Assembly: GCA_004431415.1 (NCBI GenBank)
Contig: QPMI01000107.1
Location: 62,001 to 126,000, forward strand
DNA length: 64,000 nucleotides
Reading direction: 5' to 3'
From: Cyanophora paradoxa CCMP329
Taxonomy: Eukaryota; Plantae; Glaucophyta
The first letter of the stretch is position 1, and the number at the start of each line of letters is the position of its first letter. Both the position numbers and the translations under genes were made by a program. This document shows positions 48,401 to 63,400 of this stretch, piece after piece. The notes below the pieces were generated by a model that ran no database searches, was not told where the DNA came from, and saw nothing but the letters and a program-made list of their open reading frames with translations.

Positions 48401-51400
48401 CCCGTCGCCGTGATCTTGGGTCTGGCGGCGATGTCCGTCTCCGCCAGTGCCGACCCGTTCGGCGAGTTCGTGTACAGCGTGAACAGCGTCGCCTGGTAGA
48501 AGTAGAGCAGGCCAGGGGCGAGCTCGTCGTCGATGAACTCGTACGTGTCCAACGTGCTGACTGCGCCCTGCGAGCCAACGAGCGAGCCGTTGCGATACAA
48601 GTCGATCCGCTTGATGACCGGCAGGAGGTCCTCGGCCGGGCTGGTCTGCATCTCCGGGTCCGCAGGCTCGTTCGGGTACACCACCTGGACCTTCACCGCC
48701 GTCGCGTTCGGGTAGGCCGGCTCGAAGCTCACATACAGCTTCGGCGCTGCCGGGCTCGCCTGCGTCACCTGGAGGACGTCCGAGGTCGGCGAGTTCAGCC
48801 CCGTCGTAGTGTAGTACGCCGTGATGTTCGACGTCGTCGCCGGCTCCAGGCCCGTGAGCGTTATGCAGTCCTCGAACTCGTCCTCCTTGGGGATGGAGAA
48901 CGTGTTGGGGGTGCTTGTCGGAAGGTACAGGCGGGAGAACTCCGTCGTCTTGATCTCAGCGTGGCTGAGGTTTCGCGGGTACGTCACGCAGATCTTCACG
49001 GTCGTCGCGGTGACCAGCGTGTACGAGATGGTCGGCTTCACCACCAGCAGCGCCGTCACGTGGAGCGGATCCGAGATCAGGCCCCTCTCATTGCGCTCCA
49101 AGCCGTTGTAGAAGACCAAGCCCTCGTACTGCGCCGTGTACTCGTACGTGATGCCGGGGTTGATGGCCCCGGTGCCGTCAACGCACGACGCGAGCCAGTT
49201 GTCCGACGCCTCGCTGCACACTCGCGACGAGTTGCGCAACAGGAACGTCTCGGAGACGCGGAGCTTGTTGAGGTCGGTCTCCGCGAGGTCCACCCTCAGG
49301 TCGAATTCCGTCTTGTAGCCCAGGGACAGCTGGGGCGCCGGCGGGCCGGTGCGGGCCTGCTTCGATTCGCTCTCCTTCGAGTCCGCAGGCGTCAGATACA
49401 CCGCCTTGTACCAGTAATCCGTCTGGTGCGCGCGGCCCGCGTCCACGTGGCGGTACACCCCATCACTGTCCGCCGTCGGGACCGTCGCGACCGTCGTCCA
49501 CTCACTCCCCGCCGCGCTGGACATCGCCCGGGAGATCCGCACCCCCGTCACATTCACCACGGGGTCGAGCGTCGGCAGCTCGACATCCAACCACACCGCC
49601 GTCGCGTTGACGGCAGTCGTCGTGAGGGTCGGCTGCGGCGAGTCGTCCGTCGTCACCGACGCCGTGTTCGAGTCCTGCGAGGGGCCCACCCACGAGGTCG
49701 CAATCGCCCAGCACGAGTACGTCGTGCTCGGCTGCAGGGACACGAGGACCTCCTCCGCCAGGCCCATCCGCTCGATGGCCACCGTGCGCGCCGTGTTCGT
49801 GTCATTGCAGGTCAGCTGGTAGTTGTCGGCAAGCACGTTGCTCGCGTCGTGCTCGATTTCGATGTGAACCTTGATGGTGTTCGAGTCCACCATCGTCATC
49901 GTCACGGCGGGGGCCTTCGGCGGCAGCGTCACCGCCACGTCGCCCACCTCGCTTCTCGTGCCCCCTTGGCCCTCGAACACGCACTTCCACACGTACGCCG
50001 TCGCCCAGTCCACCTTGTAGCCCGTCGCGCCGTTTTCACTCGAAACGACGAACTGCGCGCCCGAGACGGTGAAGGTGACCGCCGACGCGTTGGCCCAGCA
50101 GACCGTCCTCACGACGACGCTCTCGAGCCCCAGCGGCAGGGAAACGTTCACTGTCACCGACGGGTAGTTCGTGTTCGCGTGGATGACCGGCACAGGCGCA
50201 GGCAGGGCGGTCCAGAGCTCCTTCTTCGCCGACTCCGGCGACGTGACGCGCACCCCGCCATTGTCGACCGTCAGCAGCGCCGTGTAGTTGTACACATGGC
50301 CCTCGGCCAGGCCGGTGTCGTTGAATCGGAGACAGCAGCGGCTCGGATCGTCAAGGCGATGGCACGGCCCGCAGCTCGACGGCGAGAGCGGGATCGTCAC
50401 GATCGGGCTGGAGCCGGCGCCGTCGCGGTAGAGCTCCGTCCCGTTGCTCTTCTCCCACCCCACAGGGAGCTCAATCTCCACGCTGATGGTCGAGGTCGTT
50501 GCCCGGTACGGGCCCTTGACGACCAGCGGTGCTTCTGGTGGCGTCGTCACGTTGAAGTGCGCGCGCTCGCTCGTCAGCCCCTCCTGGCCAATGTAGTGCG
50601 CCGTGTACGTGTACAAAGTCGCGGGCCTCGCCCCTGCGTCCACGCACGTGGCCGTGCCGCCCACCCCGCCCAACCATCCGATCGGGTTCGGCGCCGAGCA
50701 GCTGAAGCTGAAGCTGTCGCGCGACACCACCAAGCCGGTGACGGAGCTGTTCGCCACCGACGGCGCCATGTGCAGGCTGACAGTGACCGCGCTGGAGCCC
50801 GTCACCGTGGCCGAGTTCAGGCTGAACGCCGGCGGCGACGGCGCGGTCCACGCCCCGTCCGCATCGCTCAGATCCGAGTCCTTCCCGGCGATCCCGTCCG
50901 GCTCGCCGGACGTCGTGTAGTCCGCCTTGTACCAGTACTGCGTCCCCGCCACGCGAGCCGTGTCGGTGTACACGTAGTGGCCCGCCGGCTCCGGCTTGCT
51001 GTTGATCTCCGCGATCTCCTGGTACGTCCCGTCGACCGACGGCGCGCGGTAGATGCGAATCGTCACTGCCGCCGCCTGCTCCGGCACCGGGCGGTCCACC
51101 ACCAGCGTGATCGCCGACGTGTTGCGGTCGATGCCCGTCGCCGTGATCTTGGGCTTGGCGGCGATGTCCGTCTCCGCCAGTGCCGACCCGTTCGGGGAGT
51201 TCGTGTACAGCGTGAACAGCGTCGCCTGGTAGAAGTAGAGCAGGCCAGGGGCGAGCTCGTCGTCGATGAACTCGTACGTGTTCAACGTGCTGACTGCGCC
51301 CTGCGAGCCAACGAGCGAGCCGTTGCGATACAAGTCGATCCGCTTGATGACCGGCAGGAGGTCCTCGGCCGGGCTGGTCTGCATCTCCGGGTCCGCCGGC

Positions 51401-54400
51401 CTGTTCGGGTACACCACCTGGACCTTCACCGCCGTCGCGTTCGGGTAGGCCGGCTCGAAGCTCACATACAGCTTCGGCGCTGCCGGGCTCGCCTGCGTCA
51501 CCTGGAGGACGTCCGAGGTCGGCGAGTTCAGCCCCGTCGTAGTGTAGTACGCCGTGATGTTCGACGTCGTCGCCGGCTCCAGGCCCGTGAGCGTTGTGCA
51601 GTCCTCGAACTCGTCCTCCTTGGGGATGGAGAACGTGTAGGGGGTGCTTGTCGGAAGGTACAAGCGGGAGAACTCCGTCGTCTTAATCTCAGCGTGGCTG
51701 AGGTTTTGCGGGTACGTCACGCAGATCTTCGCGGTCGTCGCGGTGACCAGCGTGTACGAGATGGTCGGCTTCACCACCAGCAGCGCCGTCACGTGGAGCG
51801 GATCCGAGATCATGCCCCTCTCATTGCGCTCCAAGCCGTTGTAGAAGACCAAGCCCTCGTACTGCGCCGTGTACTCGTACGTGATGCCGGGGTTGATGGC
51901 CCCGGTGCCATCAACGCACGACGCGAGCCAGTTGTCCGACGCCTCGCTGCACACTCGCGACGAGTTGCGCAACAGGAACGTCTCGGAGACGCGGAGCTTG
52001 TTGAGGTCGGTCTCCGCGAGGTCCACCCTCAGGTCGAATTCCGTCTTGTAGCCCAGGGACAGCTGGGGCGCCGGCGGGCCGGTGCGGGCCTGCTTCGATT
52101 CGCTCTCCTTCGAGTCCGCAGGCGTCAGGTACACCGCCTTGTACCAGTAATCCGTCTGGTGCGCGCGGCCCGTGTCCACGTGGCGGTACACCCCATCACT
52201 GTCCGCCGTCGGGACCGTCGCGACCGTCGTCCACTCACTCCCCGCCGCGCTGGACATCGCCCGGGAGATCCGCACCCCCGTCACATTCACCACGGGGTCG
52301 AGCGTCGGCAGCTCGACCTCCAACCACACCGCCGTCGCGTTGACGGCAGTCGTCGTGAGGGTCGGCTGCGGCGAGTCGTCCGTTGTCGCCGACGCCGTGT
52401 TCGAGTCCTGCGAGGGGCCCACCCACGAGGTCGCAATCGCCCAGCACGAGTACGTCGTGCTCGGCTGCAGGGACACGAGGACCTCCTCCGCCAGGCCCAT
52501 CCGCTCGATGGCCACCGTGCGCGCCGTGTTCGTGTCATTGCAGGTCAGCTGGTAGTTGTCGGCAAGCACGTTGCTCGCGTCGTGCTCGATTTCGATGTGA
52601 ACCTTGATGGTGTTCGAGTCCACCATCGTCATCGTCACGACGGGGGCCTTCGGCGGCAGCGTCACCGCCACGTCGCCCACCTCGCTTCTCGTGCCCCCTT
52701 GGCCCTCGAACACGCACTTCCACACGTACGCCGTCGCCCAGTCCACCTTGTAGCCCGTCGCGCCGTTTTCACTCGAAACGACGAACTGCGCGCCCGAGAC
52801 GGTGAAGGTGACCGCCGACGCGTTGGCCAGCAGACCGTCCTCACGACGACGCTCTCGAGCCCCAGCGGCAGGGAAACGTTCACCGTCACCGACGGGTAGT
52901 TCGTGTTCGCGTGGATGACCGGCACAGGCGCAGGCAGGGCGGTCCAGAGCTCCTTCTTCGCCGACTCCGGCGACGTGACGCGCACCCCGCCATTGTCGAC
53001 CGTCAGCAGCGCCGTGTAGTTGTACGCGCGGCCCTCGGCCAGGCCGGTGTCGTTGAATCGGAGACAGCAGCGGCTCGCATCGTCAAGGCGATGGCACGGC
53101 CCGCAGCTCGACGGCGAGAGCGGGATCGTCACGATCGGGCTGGAGCCGGCGCCGTCGCGGTAGAGCTCCGTCCCGTTGCTCTTCTCCCACCCCACAGGGA
53201 GCTCAATCTCCACGCTGATGGTCGAGGTCGTCGCCCGGTACGGGCCCTTGACGATCAGCGGTGCTTCTGGTGGCGTCGTCACGTTGAAGTGCGCGCGTTC
53301 GCTCGTCAGCCCCTCCTGGCCAATGTAGTGCGCCGTGTACGTGTACAAAGTCGCGGGCCTCGCCCCTGCGTCCACGCACGTGGCCGTGCCGCCCACCCCG
53401 CCCAACCATCCGATCGGGTTCGGCGCCGAGCAGCTGAAGCTGAAGCTGTCGCGCGACACCACCAAGCCGGTGACGGAGCTCTTCGCCACCGACGGCGCCA
53501 TGTGCAGGCTGACAGTGACCGCGCTGGAGCCCGTCACCGTGGCCGAGTTCAGGCTGAACGCCGGCGGCGACGGCGCGGTCCACGCCCCGTCCGCAACGCT
53601 CAGATCCGAGTCCTTCCCGGCGATCCCGTCCGGCTCGCCGGACGTCGTGTAGTCCGCCTTGTACCAGTACTGCGTCCCCGCCACGCGAGCCGTGTCGGTG
53701 TACACGTAGTGGCCCTCCGGCTCCGGCTTGCTGTTGATCTCCGCGATCTCCTGGTACGTCCCGTCGACCGACGGCGCGCGGTAGATGCGAATCGTCACTG
53801 CCGCCGCCTGCTCCGGCACCGGGCGGTCCACCACCAGCGTGATCGCCGACGTGTTGCGGTCGATGCCCGTCGCCGTGATCTTGGGCTTGGCGGCGATGTC
53901 CGTCTCCGCCAGTGCCGACCCGTTCGGGGAGTTCGTGTACAGCGTGAACAGCGTCGACTGGTAGAAGTAGAGCAGGCCAGGGGCGAGCTCGTCGTCGATG
54001 AACTCGTACGTGTCCAACGTGCTGACTGCGCCCTGCGAGCCAACGAGCGAGCCGTTGCGATACAGGTCGATCCGCTTGATGACCGGCAGGAGGTCCTCGG
54101 CCGGGCTGGTCTGCATCTCCGGGTCCGCAGGCTCATTCCGGTACACCACCTGGACTTCACCGCCGTCGCGTTCGGGTAGGCCGGCTCGAAGCTCACATAC
54201 AGCTTCGGCGCTGCCGGGCTCGCCTGCGTCACCTGGAGGACGTCCGAGGTCGGCGAGTTCAGCCCCGTCGTAGTGTAGTACGCCGTGATGTTCGACGTCG
54301 TCGCCGGCTCCAGGCCCGTGAGCGTTATGCAGTCCTCGAACTCGTCCTCCTTGGGGATGGAGAACGTGTAGGGGTGCTTGTCGGAAGGTACAGGCGGGAG

Positions 54401-57400
54401 AACTCCGTCGTCTTAATCTCAGCGTGGCTGAGGTTTCGCGGGTACGTCACGCAGATCTTCGCGGTCGTCGCGGTGACCAGCGTGTACGAGATGGTCGGCT
54501 TCACCACCAGCAGCGCCGTCACGTGGAGCGGATCCGAGATCAGGCCCCTCTCATTGCGCTCCAAGCCGTTGTAGAAGACCAAGCCCTCGTACTGCGCCGT
54601 GTACTCGTACGTGATGCCGGGGTTGATGGCCCCGGTGCCGTCAACGCACGACGCGAGCCAGTTGTCCGACGCCTCGCTGCACACTCGCGACGAGTTGCGC
54701 AACAGGAACGTCTCGGAGACGCGGAGCTTGTTGAGGTCGGTCTCCGCGAGGTCCACCCTCAGGTCGAATTCCGTCTTGTAGCCCAGGGACAGCTGGGGCG
54801 CCGGCGGCCGGTGCGGGCCTGCTTCGATTCGCTCTCCTTCGAGTCCGCAGGCGTCAGGTACACCGCCTTGTACCAGTAATCCGTCTGGTGCGCGCGGCCC
54901 GTGTCCACGTGGCGGTACACTCCGTCGCTGTCCGCCGTCGGGACCATCGCGACCGTCGTCCACTCACTCCCCGCCGCGCTGGACATCGCCGGGAGATCCG
55001 CACCCCCGTCACATTCACCACGGGGTCGAGCGTCGGCAGCTCGACCTCCAACCACACCGCCGTCGCGTTGACGGCAGTCGTCGTGAGGGTCGGCTGCGGC
55101 GAGTCGTCCGTTGTCGCCGACGCCGTGTTCGAGTCCTGCGAGGGGCCCACCCACGAGGTCGCAATCGCCCAGCACGAGTACGTCGTGCTCGGCTGCAGGG
55201 ACACGAGGACCTCCTCCGCCAGGCCCATCCGCTCGATGGCCACCGTGCGCGCCGTGTTCGTGTCATTGCAGGTCAGCTGGTAGTTGTCGGCGAGCACGTT
55301 GCTCGCGTCGTGCTCGATTTCGATGTGAACCTTGATGGTGTTCGAGTCCACCATCGTCATCGTCACGGCGGGGGCCTTCGGCGGCAGCGTCACCGCCACG
55401 TCGCCCACCTCGCTTCTCGTGCCCCCTTGGCCCTCGAACACGCACTTCCACACGTACGCCGTCGCCCAGTCCACCTTGTAGCCCGTCGCGCCGTTTTCAC
55501 TCGAAACGACGAACTGCGCGCCCGAGACGGTGAAGGTGACCGCCGACGCGTTGGCCCAGCAGACCGTCCTCACGACGACGCTCTCGAGCCCCAGCGGCAG
55601 GGAAACGTTCACCGTTACCGACGGGTAGTTCGTGTTCGCGTGGGTGACCGGCACAGGCGCAGGCAGGGCGGTCCAGAGCTCCTTCTTCGCCGACTCCGGC
55701 GACGTGACGCGCACCCCGCCATTGTCGACCGTCAGCAGCGCCGTGTAGTTGTACGCGCGGCCCTCGGCCAGGCCGGTGTCGTTGAATCGGAGACAGCAGC
55801 GGCTCGGATCGTCAAGGCGATGGCACGGCCCGCAGCTCGACGGCGAGAGCGGGATCGTCACGATCGGGCTGGAGCCGGCGCCGTCGCGGTAGAGCTCCGT
55901 CCCGTTGCTCTTCTCCCACCCCACAGGGAGCTCAATCTCCACGCTGATGGTCGAGGTCGTTGCCCGGTACGGGCCCTTGACGACCAGCGGTGCTTCTGGT
56001 GGCGTCGTCACGTTGAAGTGCGCGCGTTCGCTCGTCAGCCCCTCCTGGCCAATGTAGTGCGCCGTGTACGTGTACAAAGTCGCGGGCCTCGCCCCTGCGT
56101 CCACGCACGTGGCCGTGCCGCCCACCCCGCCCAACCATCCGATCGGGCTCGGCGCCGAGCAGCTGAAGCTGAAGCTGTCGCGCGACACCACCAAGCCGGT
56201 GACGGAGCTGTTCGCCACCGACGGCGCCATGTGCAGGCTGACAGTGACCGCGCTGGAGCCCGTCACCGTGGCCGAATTCAGGCTGAACGCCGGCGGCGAC
56301 GGCGCGGTCCACGCCCCGTCCGCATCGCTCAGATCCGAGTCCTTCCCGGCGATCCCGTCCGGCTCGCCGGACGTCGTGTAGTCCGCCTTGTACCAGTACT
56401 GCGTCCCCGCCACGCGAGCCGTGTCGGTGTACACGTAGTGGCCCTCCGGCTCCGGCTTGCTGTTGATCTCCGCGATCTCCTGGTACGTCCCGTCGACCGA
56501 CGGCGCGCGGTAGATGCGGATCGTCACTGCCGCCGCCTGCTCCGGCACCGGGCGGTCCACCACCAGCGTGATCGCCGACGTGTTGCGGTCGATGCCCGTC
56601 GCCGTGATCTTGGGCTTGGCGGCGATGTCCGTCTCCGCCAGTGCCGACCCGTTCGGGGAGTTCGTGTACAGCGTGAACAGCGTCGCCTGGTAGAAGTAGA
56701 GCAGGCCAGGGGCGAGCTCGTCGTCGATGAACTCGTACGTGTTCAACGTGCTGACTGCGCCCTGCGAGCCAACGAGCGAGCCGTTGCGATACAGGTCGAT
56801 CCGCTTGATGACCGGCAGGAGGTCCTCGGCCGGGCTGGTCTGCATCTCCGGGTCCGCAGGCTCATTCCGGTACACCACCTGGACCTTCACCGCCGTCGCG
56901 TTCGGGTAGGCCGGCTCGAAGCTCACATACAGCTTCGGCGCTGCCGGGCTCGCCTGCGTCACCTGGAGGACGTCCGAGGTCGGCGAGTTCAGCCCCGTCG
57001 TAGTGTAGTACGCCGTGATGTTCGACGTCGTCGCCGGCTCCAGGCCCGTGAGCGTTATGCAGTCCTCGAACTCGTCCTCCTTGGGGATGGAGAACGTGTA
57101 GGGGGTGCTTGTCGGAAGGTACAGGCGGGAGAACTCCGTCGTCTTGATCTCAGCGTGGCTGAGGTTTCGCGGGTACGTCACGCAGATCTTCGCGGTCGTC
57201 GCGGTGACCAGCGTGTACGAGATGGTCGGCTTCACCACCAGCAGCGCCGTCACGTGGAGCGGATCCGAGATCAGGCCCCTCTCATTGCGCTCCAAGCCGT
57301 TGTAGAAGACCAAGCCCTCGTACTGCGCCGTGTACTCGTACGTGATGCCGGGGTTGATGGCCCCGGTGCCATCAACGCACGACGCGAGCCAGTTGTCCGA

Positions 57401-60400
57401 CGCCTCGCTGCACACTCGCGACGAGTTGCGCAACAGGAACGTCTCGGAGACGCGGAGCTTGTTCAGGTCGGTCTCCGCGAGGTCCACCCTCAGGTCGAAT
57501 TCCGTCTTGTAGCCCAGGGACAGCTGGGGCGCCGGCGGGCCGGTGCGGGCCTGCTTCGATTCGCTCTCCTTCGAGTCCGCAGGCGTCAGGTACACCGCCT
57601 TGTACCAGTAATCCGTCTGGTGCGCGCGGCCCGTGTCCACGTGGCGGTACACTCCGTCGCTGTCCGCCGTCGGGACCATCGCGACCGTCGTCCACTCACT
57701 CCCCGCCGCGCTGGACATCGCCCGGGAGATCCGCACCCCCGTCACATTCACCACGGGGTCGAGCGTCGGCAGCTCGACCTCCAACCACACCGCCGTCGCG
57801 TTGACGGCAGTCGTCGTGAGGGTCGGCTGCGGCGAGTCGTCCGTCGTCACCGACGCCGTGTCCGAGTCCTGCGAGGGGCCCACCCACGAGGTCGCAATCG
57901 CCCAGCACGAGTACGTCGTGCTCGGCTGCAGGGACACGAGGACCTCCTCCGCCAGGCCCATCCGCTCGATGGCCACCGTGCGCGCCGTGTTCGTGTCATT
58001 GCAGGTCAGCTGGTAGTTGTCGGCGAGCACGTTGCTCGCGTCGTGCTCGATTTCGATGTGAACCTTGATGGTGTTCGAGTCCACCATCGTCATCGTCACG
58101 ACGGGGGCCTTCGGCGGCAGCGTCACCGCCACGTCGCCCACCTCGCTTCTCGTGCCCCCTTGGCCCTCGAACACGCACTTCCACACGTACGCCGTCGCCC
58201 AGTCCACCTTGTAGCCCGTCGCGCCGTCTTCACTCGAAACGACGAACTGCGCGCCCGAGACGGTGAAGGTGACCGCCGACGCGTTGGCCCAGCAGACCGT
58301 CCTCACGACGACGCTCTCGAGCCCCAGCGGCAGGGAAACGTTCACCGTTACCGACGGGTAGTTCGTGTTCGCGTGGGTGACCGGCACAGGCGCAGGCAGG
58401 GCGGTCCAGAGCTCCTTCTTCGCCGACTCTGGCGACGTGACGCGCACCCCGCCATTGTCGACCGTCAGCAGCGCCGTGTAGTTGTACGCGCGGCCCTCGG
58501 CCAGGCCGGTGTCGTTGAATCGGAGACAGCAGCGGCTCGCATCGTCAAGGCGATGGCACGGCCCGCAGCTCGACGGCGAGAGCGGGATCGTCACGATCGG
58601 GCTGGAGCCGGCGCCGTCGCGGTAGAGCTCCGTCCCGTTGCTCTTCTCCCAGCCCACAGGGAGCTCAATCTCCACGCTGATGGTCGAGGTCGTCGCCCGG
58701 TACGGGCCCTTGACGACCAGCGGTGCTTCTGGTGGCGTCGTCACGTTGAAGTGCGCGCGCTCGCTCGTCAGCCCCTCCTGGCCAATGTAGTGCGCCGTGT
58801 ACGTGTACAAAGTCGCGGGCCTCGCCCCTGTGTCCACGCACGTGGCCGTGCCGCCCACCCCGCCCAACCATCCGATCGGGTTCGGCGCCGAGCAGCTGAA
58901 GCTGAAGCTGTCGCGCGACACCACCAAGCCGGTGACGGAGCTGTTCGCCACCGACGGCGCCATGTGCAGGCTGACAGTGACCGCACTGGAGCCCGTCACC
59001 GTGGCCGAATTCAGGCTGAACGCCGGCGGCGACGGCGCGGTCCACGCCCCGTCCGCATCGCTCAGATCCGAGTCCTTCCCGGCGATCCCGTCCGGCTCGC
59101 CGGACGTCGTGTAGTCCGCCTTGTACCAGTACTGCGTCCCCGCCACGCGAGCCGTGTCGGTGTACACGTAGTGGCCCTCCGGCTCCGGCTTGCTGTTGAT
59201 CTCCGCGATCTCCTGGTACGTCCCGTCGACCGACGGCGCGCGGTAGATGCGAATCGTCACTGCCGCCGCCTGCTCCGGCACCGGGCGGTCCACCACCAGC
59301 GTGATCGCCGACGTGTTGCGGTCGATGCCCGTCGCCGTGATCTTGGGTCTGGCGGCGATGTCCGTCTCCGCCAGTGCCGACCCGTTCGGGGAGTTCGTGT
59401 ACAGCGTGAACAGCGTCGCCTGGTAGAAGTAGAGCAGGCCAGGGGCGAGCTCGTCGTCGATGAACTCGTACGTGTCCAACGTGCTGACTGCGCCCTGCGA
59501 GCCAACGAGCGAGCCGTTGCGATACAGGTCGATCCGCTTGATGACCGGCAGGAGGTCCTCGGCCGGGCTGGTCTGCATCTCCGGGTCCGCAGGCTCATTC
59601 CGGTACACCACCTGGACCTTCACCGCCGTCGCGTTCGGGTAGGCCGGCTCGAAGCTCACATACAGCTTCGGCGCTGCCGGGCTCGCCTGCGTCACCTGGA
59701 GGACGTCCGAGGTCGGCGAGTTCAGCCCCGTCGTAGTGTAGTACGCCGTGATGTTCGACTTCGTCGCCGGCTCCAGGCCCGTGAGCGTTATGCAGTCCTC
59801 GAACTCGTCCTCCTTGGGGATGGAGAACGTGTAGGGGGTGCTTGTCGGAAGGTACAGGCGGGAGAACTCCGTCGTCTTAATCTCAGCGTGGCTGAGGTTT
59901 CGCGGGTACGTCACGCAGATCTTCGCGGTCGTCGCGGTGACCAGCGTGTACGAGATGGTCGGCTTCACCACCAGCAGCGCCGTCACGTGGAGCGGATCCG
60001 AGATCAGGCCCCTCTCATTGCGCTCCAAGCCGTTGTAGAAGACCAAGCCCTCGTACTGTGCCGTGTACTCGTACGTGATGCCGGGGTTGATGGCCCCGGT
60101 GCCGTCAACGCACGACGCGAGCCAGTTGTCCGACGCCTCGCTGCACACTCGCGACGAGTTGCGCAACAGGAACGTCTCGGAGACGCGGAGCTTGTTGAGG
60201 TCGGTCTCCGCGAGGTCCACCCTCAGGTCGAATTCCGTCTTGTAGCCCAGGGACAGCTGGGGCGCCGGCGGGCCGGTGCGGGCCTGCTTCGATTCGCTCT
60301 CCTTCGAGTCCGCAGGCGTCAGATACACCGCCTTGTACCAGTAATCCGTCTGGTGCGCGCGGCCCGCGTCCACGTGGCGGTACACCCCATCGCTGTCCGC

Positions 60401-63400
60401 CGTCGGGACCGTCGCGACCGTCGTCCACTCACTCCCCGCCGCGCTGGACATCGCCCGGGAGATCCGCACCCCCGTCACATTCACCACGGGGTCGAGCGTC
60501 GGCAGCGCGACCTCCAACCACACCGCCGTCGCGTTGACGGCAGTCGTCGTGAGGGTCGGCTGCGGCGAGTCGTCCGTCGTCACCGACGCCGTGTCCGAGT
60601 CCTGCGAGGGGCCCACCCACGAGGTCGCAATCGCCCAGCACGAGTACGTCGTGCTCGGCTGCAGGGACACGAGGACCTCCTCCGCCAGGCCCATCCGCTC
60701 GATGGCCACCGTGCGCGCCGTGTTCGTGTCATTGCAGGTCAGCTGGTAGTTGTCGGCGAGCACGTTGCTCGCGTCGTGCTCGATTTCGATGTGAACCTTG
60801 ATGGTGTTCGAGTCCACCATCGTCATCGTCACGACGGGGCCTTCGGCGGCAGCGTCACCGCCACGTCGCCCACCTCGCTTCTCGTGCCCCCTTGGCCCTC
60901 GAACACGCACTTCCACACGTACGCCGTCGCCCAGTCCACCTTGTAGCCCGTCGCGCCGTCTTCACTCGAAACGACGAACTGCGCGCCCGAGACGGTGAAG
61001 GTGACCGCCGACGCGTTGGCCCAGCAGACCGTCCTCACGACGACGCTCTCGAGCCCCAGCGGCAGGGAAACGTTCACCGTCACCGACGGGTAGTTCGTGC
61101 TCGCGTGGATGACCGGCACAGGCGCAGGCAGGGCGGTCCAGAGCTCCTTCTTCGCCGACTCTGGCGACGTGACGCGCACCCCGCCATTGTCGACCGTCAG
61201 CAGCGCCGTGTAGTTGTACGCGCGGCCCTCGGCCAGGCCGGTGTCGTTGAATCGGAGACAGCAGCGGCTCGCATCGTCAAGGCGATGGCACGGCCCGCAG
61301 CTCGACGGCGAGAGCGGGATCGTCACGATCGGGCTGGAGCCGGCGCCGTCGCGGTAGAGCTCCGTCCCGTTGCTCTTCTCCCAGCCCACAGGGAGCTCAA
61401 TCTCCACGCTGATGGTCGAGGTCGTCGCCCGGTACGGGCCCTTGACGACCAGCGGTGCTTCTGGTGGCGTCGTCACGTTGAAGTGCGCGCGCTCGCTCGT
61501 CAGCCCCTCCTGGCCAATGTAGTGCGCCGTGTACGTGTACAAAGTCGCGGGCCTCGCCCCTGTGTCCACGCACGTGGCCGTGCCGCCCACCCCGCCCAAC
61601 CATCCGATCGGGTTCGGCGCCGAGCAGCTGAAGCTGAAGCTGTCGCGCGACACCACCAAGCCGGTGACGGAGCTGTTCGCCACCGACGGCGCCATGTGCA
61701 GGCTGACAGTGACCGCACTGGAGCCCGTCACCGTGGCCGAATTCAGGCTGAACGCCGGCGGCGACGGCGCGGTCCACGCCCCGTCCGCATCGCTCAGATC
61801 CGAGTCCTTCCCGGCGATCCCGTCCGGCTCGCCGGACGTCGTGTAGTCCGCCTTGTACCAGTACTGCGTCCCCGCCACGCGAGCCGTGTCGGTGTACACG
61901 TAGTCACCCTCCGGCTCCGGCTTGCTGTTGATCTCCGCGATCTCCTGGTACGTCCCGTCGACCGACGGCGCGCGGTAGATGCGAATCGTCACTGCCGCCG
62001 CCTGCTCCGGCACCGGGCGGTCCACCACCAGCGTGATCGCCGACGTGTTGCGGTCGATGCCCGTCGCCGTGATCTTGGGTCTGGCGGCGATGTCCGTCTC
62101 CGCCAGTGCCGACCCGTTCGGGGAGTTCGTGTACAGCGTGAACAGCGTCGCCTGGTAGTAGTAGAGCAGGCCAGGGGCGAGCTCGTCGTCGATGAACTCG
62201 TACGTGTTCAACGTGCTGACTGCGCCCTGCGAGCCAACGAGCGAGCCGTTGCGATACAGGTCGATCCGCTTGATGACCGGCAGGAGGTCCTCGGCCGGGC
62301 TGGTCTGCATCTCCGGGTCCGCAGGCTCGTTCCTGTACACCACCTGGACCTTCACCGCCGTCGCGTTCGGGTAGGCCGGCTCGAAGCTCACATACAGCTT
62401 CGGCGCTGCCGGGCTCGCCTGCGTCACCTGGAGGACGTCCGAGGTCGGCGAGTTCAGCCCCGTCGTAGTGTAGTACGCCGTGATGTTCGACGTCGTCGCC
62501 GGCTCCAGGCCCGTGAGCATTATGCAGTCCTCGAACTCGTCCTCCTTGGGGATGGAGAACGTGTTGGGGGTGCTTGTCGGAAGGTACAGGCGGGAGAACT
62601 CCGTCGTCTTGATCTCAGCGTGGCTGAGGTTTCGCGGGTACGTCACACAGATCTTCGCGGTCGTCGCGGTGACCAGCGTGTACGAGATGGTCGGCTTCAC
62701 CACCAGCAGCGCCGTCACGTGGAGCGGATCCGAGATCAGGCCCCTCTCATTGCGCTCCAAGCCGTTGTAGAAGACCAAGCCCTCGTACTGTGCCGTGTAC
62801 TCGTACGTGATGCCGGGGTTGATGGCCCCGGTGCCATCAACGCACGACGCGAGCCAGTTGTCCGACGCCTCGCTGCACACTCGCGACGAGTTGCGCAACA
62901 GGAACGTCTCGGAGACGCGGAGCTTGTTCAGGTCGGTCTCCGCGAGGTCCACCCTCAGGTCGAATTCCGTCTTGTAGCCCAGGGACAGCTGGGGCGCCGG
63001 CGGGCCGGTGCGGGCCTGCTTTGATTCGCTCTCCTTCGAGTCCGCAGGCGTCAGGTACACCGCCTTGTACCAGTAATCCGTCTGGTGCGCGCGGCCCGCG
63101 TCCACGTGGCGGTACACCCCATCGCTGTCCGCCGTCGGGACCATCGCGACCGTCGTCCACTCACTCCCCGCCGCGCTGGACATCGCCCGGGAGATCCGCA
63201 CCCCCGTCACATTCACCACGGGGTCGAGCGTCGGCAGCTCGACCTCCAACCACACCGCCGTCGCGTTGACGGCAGTCGTCGTGAGGGTCGGCCGCGGCGA
63301 GTCGTCCGTCGTCGCCGACGCCGTGTTCGAGTCCTGCGAGTCGCCCGCCGACGACGTCGTCTTCGCCCAGCACGAGTACGTGGTGCTCGGCTGCAGGGCA

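Noticed and set aside
42327-63024. Very long plus-strand ORFs (745, 1312, 1878 and 710 aa)
   Set aside because: These are antisense shadows of the GC3-biased FN3 gene. Their R/V/H-rich translations have no domain signal.
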